Shown here: positions 39,781 to 51,689 of the stretch, piece after piece
How positions within the stretch are numbered: position 1 is the first letter of the stretch
Layout of the letters: each line of letters begins with the position of its first letter
DNA from: Octopus vulgaris
Taxonomy: Eukaryota
NCBI GenBank assembly: GCA_951406725.2
Contig: OX597827.1
Location: 55,862,001-55,926,000 of the forward strand
Reading direction: 5' to 3'
DNA: 64,000 bases
Position numbers and translations under genes: made by a program
Notes under the pieces: model-generated
Told to the model about the DNA's origin: nothing
The model's database searches: none
The model's input: only the letters and a program-made list of their open reading frames with translations

Positions 39781-40634
39781 AGAACCTGGTGGTACTTTTT
39801 ATGCACTACCAGCATGGTGCTTTTATGTAGCACCAGCACAGGTGCACTTTCCAGGACACCAGCACAAGTGTTTTATGTGGCACTGGCTCATGTGTAACGT
39901 ATATTTTATAGGAAGACAGTATAATACTGGTAACAGGATTCATGGTATTGGTTCTTAACCCATTTCAGATCATCCCAAGTACCATGATATAAATTTCTTG
40001 TTTTAAAGTTATTTAAATTAAAGCCTGCCATCAAAATTTATGTTAATTTATGCTATAGACACCAGTTTATTAATGACAGTTATTTTACTAAATACTATGT
40101 TATTTTCAAAACTAATTGAAACAAAGGTTGTGTATTTCAACAGAAATTTGGTAACAAAAGGGTTAATCAACAGTATTTTTCAGAACACTTTACAACTGTG
40201 GTGCTCCAGTATGGCCAAAGCCTTTGGACTGAAATGCATGAAAGAATAAAAGAATATGAAGCCTGAGAAATATTGGCACCATGTTTTTCTCAAACATATT
40301 TAGGGACATAGATGTAGCTGGCCCAAGTGAAAAAATTTTTTCAAGTAAATAAGAAATTGAAATTTATGGCAAACTCTGTCTTAATTTTCTTTATACAATA
40401 ACATACTGGTTTCCAATTTTGGCACAATGCCAACAATTTCAGGGGTGAGGTAAGTCGATTACATTGACCTCAGTACTCAACTGGTAATTATTTTATCTGC
40501 CCCACCCCAAAAGAAAAGGAAAGGCAAAGTCGACCATGGCATAATTTGAACTCAGAACATAGCGATGGCAAAATGCTGTGAAGCATTTTGCCCATTATGC
40601 TAACAATTCTGCCAGCTCACTGCCTTTCTTAATT

Positions 40635-40996
40635 CAAGAGCACTCAGAGCACAAACCTCTCCAAGGTAACACCGTCTTCTCAGTGATTAGCCGGAGATGA
40701 TTTTTAAAATGAGAATATCTGAAATAAACTTGACTGCTTTCACAAACAAGAACACTAAAGATGAACCTAACCGCTCCCAAAAATTAAATAAAAATCTTTT
40801 TTTAATAATCCAGAATCCTTGTCCGGTATTGGATCAATCCCAAAATATAATCAGTTCATGCCAGTCACGGGGCCAAACATCCCTGAAAGTTTCATCTGAA
40901 TCCATTCAGCAGTTCTTGAGATATCTTGTCCATGGACAAACAAATAAACAAACATGACTGCAAACAATACCTCCACCTTTGCTAAGGTGGAAGTAA
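40635..40996. mobile_element. Helentron/HINE-like non-autonomous element
   Basis: CAAGAGCACTCAG start, terminal hairpin ACCTCCACCTT-TGCT-AAGGTGGAAGT. Homologous to 56032-56403. Confidence 0.6.
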
Positions 40997-41666
40997 TAAT
41001 ATATAATAAAACAGCAATGTCATTGGAAACATTTTTAACTACGAATCCAAACAAGGAATTAAATAGTAATGGTTTTTACACAGACATCATACCTAAAACA
41101 TTTAGGGGCAAGGATAGGTATGATGTTCAAACCTTTTACAGGGGTATCAGCATATAGGTGGCTCGAGGAATCAATTCTTTGAAAAGATAGAGTAAGAACC
41201 ACATAGAGCCTTCTTCAGTGGCTCATAGTAGTAATAATAGAAGGGGACAAGAACTGATAGAAAGTTTAAAACTTCAAAGAAGTATGGTTATCTTTAGATT
41301 ATATAGCAAACTGTGAAATAAACTGATCAAATTTAATGCTCCAGTGTGAATTTGCAGTTCTATTCAATATACTAGAGACAAAATTAATCCTTTAGTATTT
41401 AAACTGACCATTGCTAACCCAAAATATCTTACCAGTTTTATGGTCAAACTGGCCAAATATGGCCTCTCACACCTACCCTACAATGCCATTCAAGAAATAA
41501 ACAGTAACATCATCAAAATCCTGAAGCTATGAGATAATGCATAACTAATTCAAAACAATGTGAATAAATAAGCATTACATTTGACAGAGTAATCTCAATG
41601 TTAAAAGTTTAAGAAGGAAGAAATAAAACTGTAAAAGAAAGAACTGAATGAAGAATTGTTCATTAC

Positions 41667-41786
41667 TTTGTGAGCATCTGTTTCAACACCAAGTTTATTC
41701 TGTGTCCACTTTAAACGACCCTCACAAGCTGATAAGGCTTCTTTTTGCTTTTCAACTTCACGCTGTACAACAATGAAGTCTGCAGA
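41667..41786 (-). CDS. CCDC186: CCDC186-like coding exon (SADFIVVQREVEKQKEALSACEGRLKWTQNKLGVETDAHK)
   Basis: TTTCAG acceptor, GTAATG donor, 120 nt. KWTQNKL...ETDAHK matches recalled KWAQNKLKAEMDSHK. Confidence 0.92.
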
Positions 41787-42258
41787 CTGAAATACAGAAG
41801 AAAATAAGAGAGATTCTTAAATGAGTAATTCATTATCGCCATTGTTATCATCATAATCATCATCATCAAACATCTGCTCTACATGCTGGCATGTGTTGGA
41901 ATGTTTGGCAGGAGCAGGTAAGGCCAGGGTTCACACCAGACTCCATTGTCTGTTCTGGCATGGTTTCTATGGCTGGATTTCCTTCCTAATGCCAACCACT
42001 TTACAGGGTATACTGGGTGTTTTTTATGTGGCACCAGCATGAGTACTTTTCATGTGACACCAGTGCTTTTTATGTGACACAACACCAGTGCTTTTTATGA
42101 GGTACCAGCACCAGTGCTTTTATGTGGCACCTTGATTTTAAGATCTCAATTCTGTTCTCAAGTACAGCAACGTGTTACATTCTTCATAATGGTTACTCTA
42201 TGCAGGCTATGGCAGGATTTGAACAAAGACTGCAAAGAACCAGAACAAATACTGCAGT

Positions 42259-42621
42259 ACATTATTTACATTTGACAGATATTTATCCTCATCTTGTTTG
42301 TTGTTAGCACAGTGTTTCAGCTGATATACCCTCCAGCCTTCATCGGGTGTCTTGGGAAATTTTGAACCTGGGTTCACATTCCTAAGGTATTTTTCGATGT
42401 TATTATTACTATTATTATTACTATTCAGGTCACTGCCTGGAATTGAACTCGGAATTTTGGGGTTAGTAGCCCGCACTCTTAACCACTACACCATATGCCC
42501 GAGAAGGTTGGAGGGTATATCAGCCAAAACCTTGTGTTAACAACAAACAAGATGAGGACAAAAAATATCCATCAAATGTAAATAACGTATATAATTCCTC
42601 ATCTCTTAAATACAGAACTGT
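42259..42621 (-). mobile_element. tRNA-headed element with degenerate hammerhead motif and inverted terminal copy
   Basis: tRNA-like head 42500-42424 (box A TGGTGTAGTGG, box B GAGTTCAATTCC). Hammerhead-like motif at 42306-42351. Inverted copy at about 42503-42590. 12-bp direct repeat AAATACTGCAGT at 42247-42258 and 42622-42633. Confidence 0.7.
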
Positions 42622-42708
42622 AAATACTGCAGTGTTTTTTGGGGTTTTTTTCCTGTTACACACACACACACACATACTAAAAGTATTGGTTTGAAAAAAT
42701 TTAAATAC

Positions 42709-42921
42709 CTTGCTTTCCAGACGACCAATATACTTTTGTCGTTCAGCCTTAAAATTATTTAATCTACTTTGCAGTATTTCTTTTTCTTTTGAACTTTCTC
42801 TCAATCGAGCATCTAATCGTTCAGATCCTTTCTGCATCTCTAAACCTTTACGTTCAGCTTGGGCATATTTTATTACCATCTCTTCTTTCTCTCGTTTGTT
42901 CTCTTCAGCTATCTTGGTTAG
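42709..42921 (-). CDS. CCDC186: CCDC186-like coding exon (LTKIAEENKREKEEMVIKYAQAER...IGRLESK)
   Basis: GTTTAG acceptor, GTATTT donor, 213 nt. EKEEMVIKY matches the recalled CCDC186 motif EKEAMVMKY. Confidence 0.92.
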
Positions 42922-43309
42922 CTAAACAACAAAGGGAAAAAAAAACAGGAAAACAATTTTTTGTTTAAATGTAAATTTTAAGACATTGTCTATAAATATA
43001 TAAACACTGATTTTTGATACAGGTACAAGGTTATAAATTTTAGGGGAAGGATGCAGTGGATTATATTGAACTCCATAGTTCTTAAATGGTATTTGTTTAA
43101 ACCATGATACTTAAATAGTACTTAAATCTCAAGGAAGACTCTATATAATTACTCAACTAGCTAAAAATAGCAGTTAGACTCCTCCAAATCACATTGCATT
43201 GTTATTACAAAGGAAAGGACAAAATTACATGATATAGTTCTAGATAACCTAAAAAAGTACATACACACACACACACACACACATATATACACATGCATAC
43301 GTATCCTTT

Positions 43310-43965
43310 GCCTATTCCTATCCTCATTACCAAAGATTGTGGACCATTGTGGCATGCACCCTCTCTCTCCATTGATTCCTGCCTCCAGCCATATTAGCGC
43401 ACTCAGCCAAAAGTCTTTCAGTTCATTCTTTGATATCTTCAACCCAGCATCTTCTCAGTCTCTCCATTCCTAGTTTCCTATTGACTCTTCCCTCTAAGAT
43501 GTGGATGCTGAGGTTCTAGGCCCTTATGACATGCCCAAAATACTGCAGCTTCCTTTGCTGACAGTTGCTAAATATTCTATTTCTTTTCCCCATTTCTGAC
43601 TCATTTCTTCAACGGTCAGTCCAGCTGATCTTCAGTACTCTTTGGTAGCATGTTGTTTCAAATGCTTTGTGTTCAGCAGTATTGTTTGCTGTTAGGGTCC
43701 AGCATCCATATTCATTCAATGCAACAAGCCAAATTAATGTCTTCAGGACTTTTAATTTGATGTTCTTGTTGAGAGCTCTGCCTTTCTAGATTATATTGAG
43801 TAATTTTAACGCTGATCTTTCAGACCTGAGCGATACTCTTCTTTCAAAGCCTGTATCTCCTGATTGTTCAATGACCAGCATCCAGATATTTGAACTTGGT
43901 GACCTGTTCTAAGGTAGCCCCTTAGTATCAGATGTCAAACTGGTCTGGTGTTCTTTCAACTGCCA
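43310..43965 (-). mobile_element. RTE-clade LINE fragment (C-terminal RT-downstream region, many disablements)
   Basis: Minus-strand peptides LEQVTKFKYL, NKNIKLKVLKTLIW...YGCWTLT, FETTCYQRVLKISWT, QQRKLQYFGHVIRA, ILEGRV. Confidence 0.8.
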
Positions 43966-43975
43966 CATGTAAAAA

Positions 43976-44225
43976 AAGGTAAAGTTACCTACTCAAGTCA
44001 TACTAATTCACAGGGAGCTGGTTTCCTGGTTTCATGACATATATATTCTCCATTTGGACGGGACACTGGTCCATCATAAGATTACTCATTTTTACCAGCT
44101 GAGTGGACTTGAGCAACGTGAAATGAAGTGTTTTGCTCAAGAACACAATGTGTCACCTGGTCTAGGAATCGAAACCACAATCTTATGATCATGAGTCCAA
44201 CACCTTAACCACTAAGCTACATGCT
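43976..44225 (-). mobile_element. tRNA-derived SINE (head like 17536, V-like tail like 12752)
   Basis: Minus strand reads GTAGCTTAGTGGTTAAGG...GGTTTCGATTCC...TCTTGAGCAAAACACTT...GATGGACCAGTGTCCCGTCC. Confidence 0.7.
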
Positions 44226-44278
44226 TTTGCTACTGCTACATGTCTCTCTCTATCTCTCTCTCTCCCTCTCATATATAT

Positions 44279-45291
44279 TTTGGTTTGTGTCTATGTTTTC
44301 GTTTCTCTTTGTGTTCGACGTCCCTTTGGTGTTCTGTACTCATATATGTGTGTATATGTACATGTAGAGGTAGGTACGTACATATATGTTTATATATATG
44401 CATATGTTTTATTTCATTTATTAATATATTATATGACTAAACGCACGCACCCTCTTAAGTAAGATTGTTCTGTATATCAAGTTTTTGTCTTGATATTAAC
44501 TCTCACGCGCACTCTTCACCTTTCTGTCCCATCCCTATTCTTTGATTTTCTTTTTCCCCCACTTAACTTGTCTCTTCCTCTCTCTCTCATTCTTCACTCT
44601 CTCTCTCCCCCTCACCATTCTTCATGGTCTCCTTGCAGCCTTTCCCCTTCTTCTCTCCCTTCCTCTTGCTCCTCCTCCCCCCTTCCCGTTGTCCACCCGC
44701 GACGATACTTCCGCCCTGACTGTCTTTTTGGCCTGGCCTTCAAGGCAACTGGACGACATTCTTCCTGCTCTCCTGTCGTTCACAAAAATTCTGCGTTTGC
44801 AATACTTTTTTCGTTCGGCGTCAACAGCCCTTCTTATCTTGTTTTTCCCTGTCCTGTCTTTTATTGTTATATTTTTTTACTGTTTATATTTTTGTACTGT
44901 CGTTACTGTCCTGTTTTTTTACCATTTTTTTACCATTTTTTACCCCTCTGCGAAAAGATCTCAGAATTTTAATTGATTTGCTTTTCGCAGGAAGGAAAGT
45001 TTCTTGTCGAAGATACGTCTTGCTTTTATTCTTCGAAACGTAAAGTAGACGAAACCTTAGCGACTGAAGAAGGGGTTTTTTCGTTGTGTTAATTGTCCTG
45101 TACTCCATTTTTTGTTGTTTTTAAAAGAATGTCCAGTTCCTTTGGTTTGTGTCTATGTTTTCGTTTCTCTTTGTGTTCGACGTCCCTTTGGTGTCCTGTA
45201 CTCATATATGCGTGTATATGTACATGTAGAGGTAGGTACGTACATATATGTTTATATATATGCATATGTTTTATTTCATTTATTAATATAT
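44279..45291. mobile_element. ~1-kb non-coding element with 151-bp terminal direct repeats, inserted in (TA)n
   Basis: 44279-44429 and 45141-45291 differ at 2 positions by my reading. CpG-retaining interior with several hairpins. Confidence 0.75.
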
Positions 45292-45797
45292 ATATATATA
45301 TATCACCATTTAACATCTGTTTTCCATGCTGGCATGGGTTAGATGGCTAGACTGCAACTAGTAAGCCAGAGAGCTGTACCAGGCTCCAGTCAGTTTTGAC
45401 TTGGTTTTTATGGGTGGATTCCCTTCCTAATGCCAACCACTCCCCAAAGTGTAGGAGGTGTTTTTTTTACGTGTCACTGGCACATGTGCCTTTTATGTGT
45501 CACCAGCACATCATCAGTACTAACCGCAACTATGATTTCACCTGACTTGACATGTCTTCTCAAGTACAGCTAATCTCTCTCTCTCCCTCTCTCTCTCTCT
45601 ATATATATATAGTGTCTTGGGAGGGTCATTACACCAGTAATAAACAAAGTGTGTGTGTGTATATATATATATATGTAAACATCTTACATATATCCACGCA
45701 TATATGTACATACACATATATACATATAAAACACACACATACACATATTTATATATATATATACATATGTTGAGAAATTTGCAAGGTGGCCACCTAC

Positions 45798-45926
45798 CTG
45801 GTGTATTTTATTTTTATATTCATTTTGAAAATCACTAATGGTTTTCTTAGTCAACATCTCCTGAGAAGATAGCTTTTCTTTTGCGGCTCGGATTTCATTA
45901 TCTTTCTGGACAAGGTTATCTTCCAA
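45798..45926 (-). CDS. CCDC186: CCDC186-like coding exon (LEDNLVQKDNEIRAAKEKLSSQEMLTKKTISDFQNEYKNKIHQ)
   Basis: TTACAG acceptor, GTAGGT donor, 129 nt, phase 0-0. Confidence 0.9.
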
Positions 45927-45933
45927 CTGTAAC

Positions 45934-45990
<57 letters not shown>
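45934..45990. repeat. (AAT)n microsatellite abutting a splice acceptor
   Basis: Direct reading. Confidence 0.95.
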
Positions 45991-45991
<1 letters not shown>

Positions 45992-46132
45992 TTGTTTTTA
46001 TTTGCCAGCAGAGCGAAGGATGAGGGGGACAATACAAAGATAGACATAAAGTGTGAGGGGTTTACATATATTGGAATGGTTATTAAAAAAAGGAATGTAT
46101 ACACGGAATACATTAGAAGAAGGGAAGTATAA

Positions 46133-46660
46133 AATTGTTTCAAAATTTGGCACAAGACCAGCAATTTTAGAGTGGGGCATAGTTGATAATATTAACCCCC
46201 AAAAGTGGTACTTAATGTTATTAACCCTGAAAGGATGAAAGGCAAAATCAACCTCAGCAGCAGCAGCAATAATAATGGTTTCAAATTTTTGCACAAGGCC
46301 AGCAATTCTGGGAGAGGGAGTAAATTGATTGCATCAAGCCAAGTACTCAACTGGTACTTTTTTTTTTACTGACCCTGAAGGGATGAAAGGAAAAGTTGAT
46401 CTCAGCGGAATTTGAACTCAGAATGTAAAGATGGACAAAATAATAATAATAATAGTAGTAATAATTTTGGCACAGAGTCAGCAATTTTAGTGGGAAGGCA
46501 TGGTTGATTATATTAACCCCAGAACTGGGACTTTATATTAACAACTCCGAAAAAATGAACAGCAAAGTTGACCTCAGCAGCATTTGAACTCAGAATGTAA
46601 ATCTGCAAGAAATGTCACTAAGCATTTTGTCTGGTGGGGTAATGAGTCTGCCAGCTCAAA
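46133..46660 (-). mobile_element. Stack of three 5'-truncated or diverged family B SINEs separated by (AAT)n/(CAG)n
   Basis: Repeated TTTTG(G)CACAAG(G/A)CCAGCAATT...AAAG(G)CAAAGTTGACCTCAGC units starting about 46135, 46277 and 46463. Confidence 0.7.
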
Positions 46661-47984
46661 GAAAGAAATCATGAAACAAAGACAAAAACAATAAAAATAC
46701 TAATTTATGTAAAATGTAATTTTTAAAAGTAAAACCTTAAAATCTATAAAACATCAAGCTATAGTAAAAATGTTATAATACAAATTTTATGATCCATACT
46801 TTAAAAGATGCTGAGATTATTAATGCAGAGGCATAGATATAGCTGGGTAATTAAGAAGTTTATTTTGCTGCCATATAGTTCTGAATTGTAAGCCATTGCA
46901 TGGCAACTTTGGCATGTGGCATAATGTGGTCTATCCAATACTGTAAGTTTCATTAGGTCTATGTAAACTGTGTGAAGAGACTATCATGTCTGTGTGTTAG
47001 CAATAATGATATGTCAACAAAAAATGGATTCTCGGAAAGATATGCTAAAAAGAATAGAAATAGAAAATACCCATAACTTGGTTTAATCCTCTTTTCAATT
47101 AACAAGTTTCTACTCTTATGGCTAAAATGATTTTCAGCCTTTTGCAAAAACACTTCCCCTTTACCCATAAAGGTTACAAAATTTTTAATAAAACTTCAAT
47201 AAAAGATATGTATTGGATTCACTTGAAATTTATTCAAATCAAGTTATAGTCATCATCTTTACATGTTTTAAAATCAGCTTACAGCACAGACACAAATTTG
47301 TCTACATTTATTTGGACTCTTAAAAGCAATAGTTTAAACTATAGCAGTAAAATGGAAATTAATAGGTTTACTATAAACCACATAATTATCCTAACAGGCT
47401 GTTTATGTTGCATTTCTGAGTTTTATGAAATAACATTTTCCAATCTCTCTTTAATTGCAATTAAGAGTTGGTAGCTACTTGCATTCATTGTGTTTTTCAA
47501 ATGCTAAAATATTTCAAATCACTTCTCAGAACAAATAACTGAAAATAGTTAAGGAGAGCAATATCTTCTTTTGAAATATTTTCTTTCATGACAGCCTTGA
47601 TTTATGAATACCATGCAATAAACTATTGATTTCATTCAAACAAATATTTTTAATTCTTTTAAAGAAGAAACATTACACCATTTTAAAAGCACACATTAGA
47701 CTACATTGACTAATGTAGTCTTAGTTATACAGTGTCTGAATAAAAGAGAGAATGGTTGAGGTGGGTACGGCTTTGGACACAGGTCAGCTTGACCAGTGCT
47801 GACCTGGAAATAAAGACTGACTTATAAAACCAGATATAACTATGTATTAAAACTCAGTCCTAACTTCTGTCAAATCATCAGCTTTTGTAACATGAACACA
47901 TATGTGATGTTATGATAATTGTGAACTTAGAAAAACACATTAAATAAATATGATACTGATGAGCTAGAAAAGAAATTAGTTTAA

Positions 47985-48183
47985 CCCTTTAGCATTTGAA
48001 CCAGCCATTTCAGGCCCAAATATTCTGTTTTATGTTCAAACCACCCAGATTTAGCCTCTCAATGTCATTTTAAAAATAAACAATTACATCATTGAAATAG
48101 TACAGGAGATATTGCATAATTAATTCAAAACAATGTGAATAAATAGGCATTACATTTGACAGAGTAATCTGAATGCTAAAAAG
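47985..48183. mobile_element. piggyBac-like MITE
   Basis: TTAA|CCCTTTAGCATT...AATGCTAAAAAG|TTAA. Confidence 0.7.
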
Positions 48184-48449
48184 TTAATACTATCCATACC
48201 AAAGACGCATATAAGCATCACTAACAGATAGCTGTAAAATCCCAGAAGTATTTATATGTACCCTACCTGTTATTTTGTAAAATCCCAGAGATGTTTACAT
48301 GCATCTTTTAATAGTCTATATGGAATTTCATAGCTATAGAAAAAAGACACTTGTCTGCTTCTGTGGTATGGTTAGTGTTAAATTACTTAAGTAGGAAATA
48401 AGGAGGAAAAAAAAAAAACGATAGTTCATTGAACCATTTTATAACATAC

Positions 48450-48573
48450 CGCTTTCAACTGAGTTAAATACAAATCATTATCAGAGCAGGTATCGAGCTC
48501 CTTTCGATATGAATTCCTTTCCAGTTTAATCACTTCAAACTTTTCTTGTTGAGAATTAGATTGAGACTCTAAT
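48450..48573 (-). CDS. CCDC186: CCDC186-like coding exon (LESQSNSQQEKFEVIKLERNSYRKELDTCSDNDLYLTQLKA)
   Basis: ATTTCAG acceptor, GTATGT donor, 124 nt, phase 2 to 0 fits both neighbours, coiled-coil composition. Confidence 0.85.
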
Positions 48574-49037
48574 CTGAAATGAAAAATAATGTTTCAAAAT
48601 TAAAGAAAACATTGGTATGAAAAGATCAATGAAGATGGAAGAACAATCACTTGGAAACAAACTTCAATGCAGGAGGTTAACTTCTTTGATTGGCAGAAAG
48701 CCACAAATTTGATCAAGTACAGGATCAAATCCAGTATTTGATCAAGCCATGTAGGATTAGAAAATAAAATTAAGAAATGTGTTGATTTTAACAATATTTT
48801 AACACAGAATACAGTAAAGAGCATAGTTCACTTTGCTAATGTTTCTGCCCAATGGAATATCCTTATTACCCATAATTATGTTGATTTCTACCTCCAGACA
48901 GCACTCACCTCCCATTCAGCCACACATTACAAAAACTACTTTTTCTAAACCCTACTGCTTTATTATTTGAAGTGTTATCTTGTCTAGCACCACCACCATT
49001 GGATTTAACTATATTTACAGTAGGAACAATATATATA

Positions 49038-49428
49038 TTTTTACTACTTGCTTCAGTCATTAGACTGCAGCCATGCTGGGGCATCACTTCGAGGGATTTT
49101 TAGTCAAATGAATCAACCCCAGTCCTTTTTATTTTTAAGTCTGGTATTTATTCTATCATTCTCTTTTGTTGAATTGCTAAGTTATGGGGACATAAACACA
49201 CCAACACCAGTTGTCAAGTGGTGAAAGGGGGACAAACATAGACATAAACTCTCTCTCTCTCATACACACATACACTAACGGGCTTCTTTCAGTTTCTGTC
49301 TACCAAACCCACTCACAAGGCTTTGGTCAGCCTGAGGCTATAGTAGAAGACACTTACTCAAGGTGTCATGTAGTGGGACTGAACCAGGAACCATGTGGTT
49401 GGGAAGCAAGCTTACCACACAGCCATGG
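49038..49428 (-). mobile_element. tRNA-derived SINE, family A
   Basis: Reverse complement of family A. Confidence 0.8.
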
Positions 49429-49973
49429 TCAAGTGTTTGGGCAGTTATTCTGTTAACTATATAGACATTGGTTTTTCTGAAAACATGGAATGGCTTTTAA
49501 GTGTGTAGCTCAACAATCAGACTAGACACTTAAGCAAAAGCTAAAAGTTTGCATGATAATGTGCAGGGTAAGGAAGGCACATCTAATATAAAACTTTTTA
49601 CTAGTTTGTAAAAGTTAGTTTGAAAGGGTTAGAGTTACCTTACTTCGCTGCTATTACTCTGAGGAGCTGAAGAACATTACTTCTGGAGGAGGTTACACAC
49701 AAGAACAAGAGTACACTGTTAATGAAAGTAAGGCTTTTCTGGAAGTCTACTAGGATTTTATTTCTAGTGAAGAACAATAAACACCAGGTATTAAAGCCTT
49801 TAAAAATTGCCTAACCCTTCCTGTGTAAGCAAATGCTACTGCTAACATGAAATTTAAACCCCTACTTGTGTATCACTCTGAGAATATACCTGTGACTAGT
49901 TTACAAACACATATTTGACATGCTTTAGAACGGTACACAGCCAGACATAATTTTTCCAACTAAGCATTTAGAC

Positions 49974-50269
49974 CAGTGGTTTTCAACTATTTTTTATCTA
50001 TGGACCCCTTTGATTACTATTTATTTCTGGTAGACCCCAATAGCCATTCAGTGTTTAGAAACTAGTTTTATAGACTTTATCACACATTCTGTTGTGTACA
50101 CTGAGAAAGAAATCTAGCTGTTTCTTGCAATAAATACTTTTAAAGTAAAACAATTTTATAGATCCTTAAAATATTACTGTGGACCCAATGTACTATTATA
50201 CTTGTGTGGACCCCACAAAATCTTATATGAACCACCAGAGGTCATATGGACCTCAGTTGATTACTATTA
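49974..50269. mobile_element. hAT MITE, same family as 34931
   Basis: CAGTGGTTTTCAAC left end. 8-bp TSD ATTTAGAC at 49966-49973 and 50270-50277. Confidence 0.7.
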
Positions 50270-50912
50270 ATTTAGACAATACACCAAGTCAACTAATGAA
50301 CTGTTATGATTTTTTTCATAATGTGAGAATGAAAAATATCCCCAAGAACATGACTTGTTTGCTCCAGCCAAAGAATTAAGATTTGATAGTTAACTTCAAG
50401 ACATACCATCAGAGAAAAACTGAAATAGAGACAACTGGAAAAAGTACTGTAAAATTGATGAGCATTTCATTGGCTCTCTATAGTGAGTTCAATTTTACAT
50501 ATGGAAAACATTACCTAAATTAACATCCTACATCCAAAAACTGAGTTAGTTATCAACCACTTACTACTTCAAGAATAAATATGTCTATGACAGAAGAAAA
50601 TAATAATAACAATGATTATAATAATTGCCTCAAAATTTGGCATAAGTTGCTTGACTTATACTATCAAAGATAAAAGGCAAAGTTGACCACAGTGAAATTC
50701 AAACTCAGTACATAAAGCCGGAAGAAATGCTATTAAGCATTATATCCAACATGCCACCTTAATATTAATAATTGTAAACCTAGAGAATTTAAAGTCTATC
50801 CATTTCATGCTTGTTGCTAATGGCCTTGAGAAACATGATTATGACACAATCTGTTGTATATAAAGTTTTGGCATTTTGCCCTTGACATTTTATTATTATT
50901 ATTATTATTATT

Positions 50913-51275
50913 TTATGTTTGACTTTTGCTTTACATTTGTACAAGTTGGCTCCAAGTCTTACCCAGAGACCTCAAGAGACAACAAGTTGTAAGTTCATGT
51001 TGGTGTTATGCCTAGGGTGCCTAAATTTGGTTTTGTACATAGTGTTGTTCTAGAGAATGTTTAAGAAACTATAAGAAAATTATGTTTGTTTTAAAACTTG
51101 AGATTACATAGAAAGTGTTTCACGTAGGATATGAGCAGTTTCCATGAGCACTATCTTTTGAATTTCTGCCATTTTGGGGTTTCATTCCCAGAGCACCTAT
51201 GACAACAGGTATTGTTTTAGTCTTCAGGTTCCACATTTTGCTAATTTCTATTTCAAGATTTTTATATTTGCTCAA
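50913..51275 (-). mobile_element. 3' end of an RLE-type non-LTR retrotransposon (R4/Dong-like) in (TAA)n
   Basis: LSKYKNLEIEISKMWNLKTKTIPVVIGALGM/..KMAEIQKIVLMETAHILRETLSM* (51275-51104, one frameshift), then 3' UTR. (TAA)n on both sides. Confidence 0.8.
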
Positions 51276-51439
51276 TTATTATTATTATTATTATTGTTAT
51301 TATTTTCCTAGACTGTTGTATTTAACACTAACTTCTTTCTGGTTCCCAGTTATGTGGTTAACAAGTATATCTCTTTTAAGATAGGATGTGAGTCTGTGAA
51401 ATTGAACTCAGCATGGTCAGCTAATGAAACACTTCTTAA

Positions 51440-51646
51440 CCCTTTACCATCTAAACCAACCATATTCAGCTAAAATATTCTTCCTGTTTTATGTTTAAAC
51501 CAGTCAGATCCTGCCTCTCACACCAACCCTACAGTGTCATTCTAAAAATAAACAATCTCATCATCTAAGTCTTGAAGCTATGAAATAATATTATGATTAA
51601 CTCAAAACAGTATGAATAAATGTTATATTGTCAGTGATGATATATG

Positions 51647-51689
<43 letters not shown>

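Noticed and set aside
42424-42500. Possible true tRNA gene
   Set aside because: Boxes A and B are present but the acceptor and T stems do not close properly, and it is embedded in a repeat. Treated as a SINE head.
44490-44976. 160-aa and 144-aa ORFs inside the terminally repeated element
   Set aside because: Pyrimidine-rich low-complexity translations with no domain. Open frames are expected from the composition.
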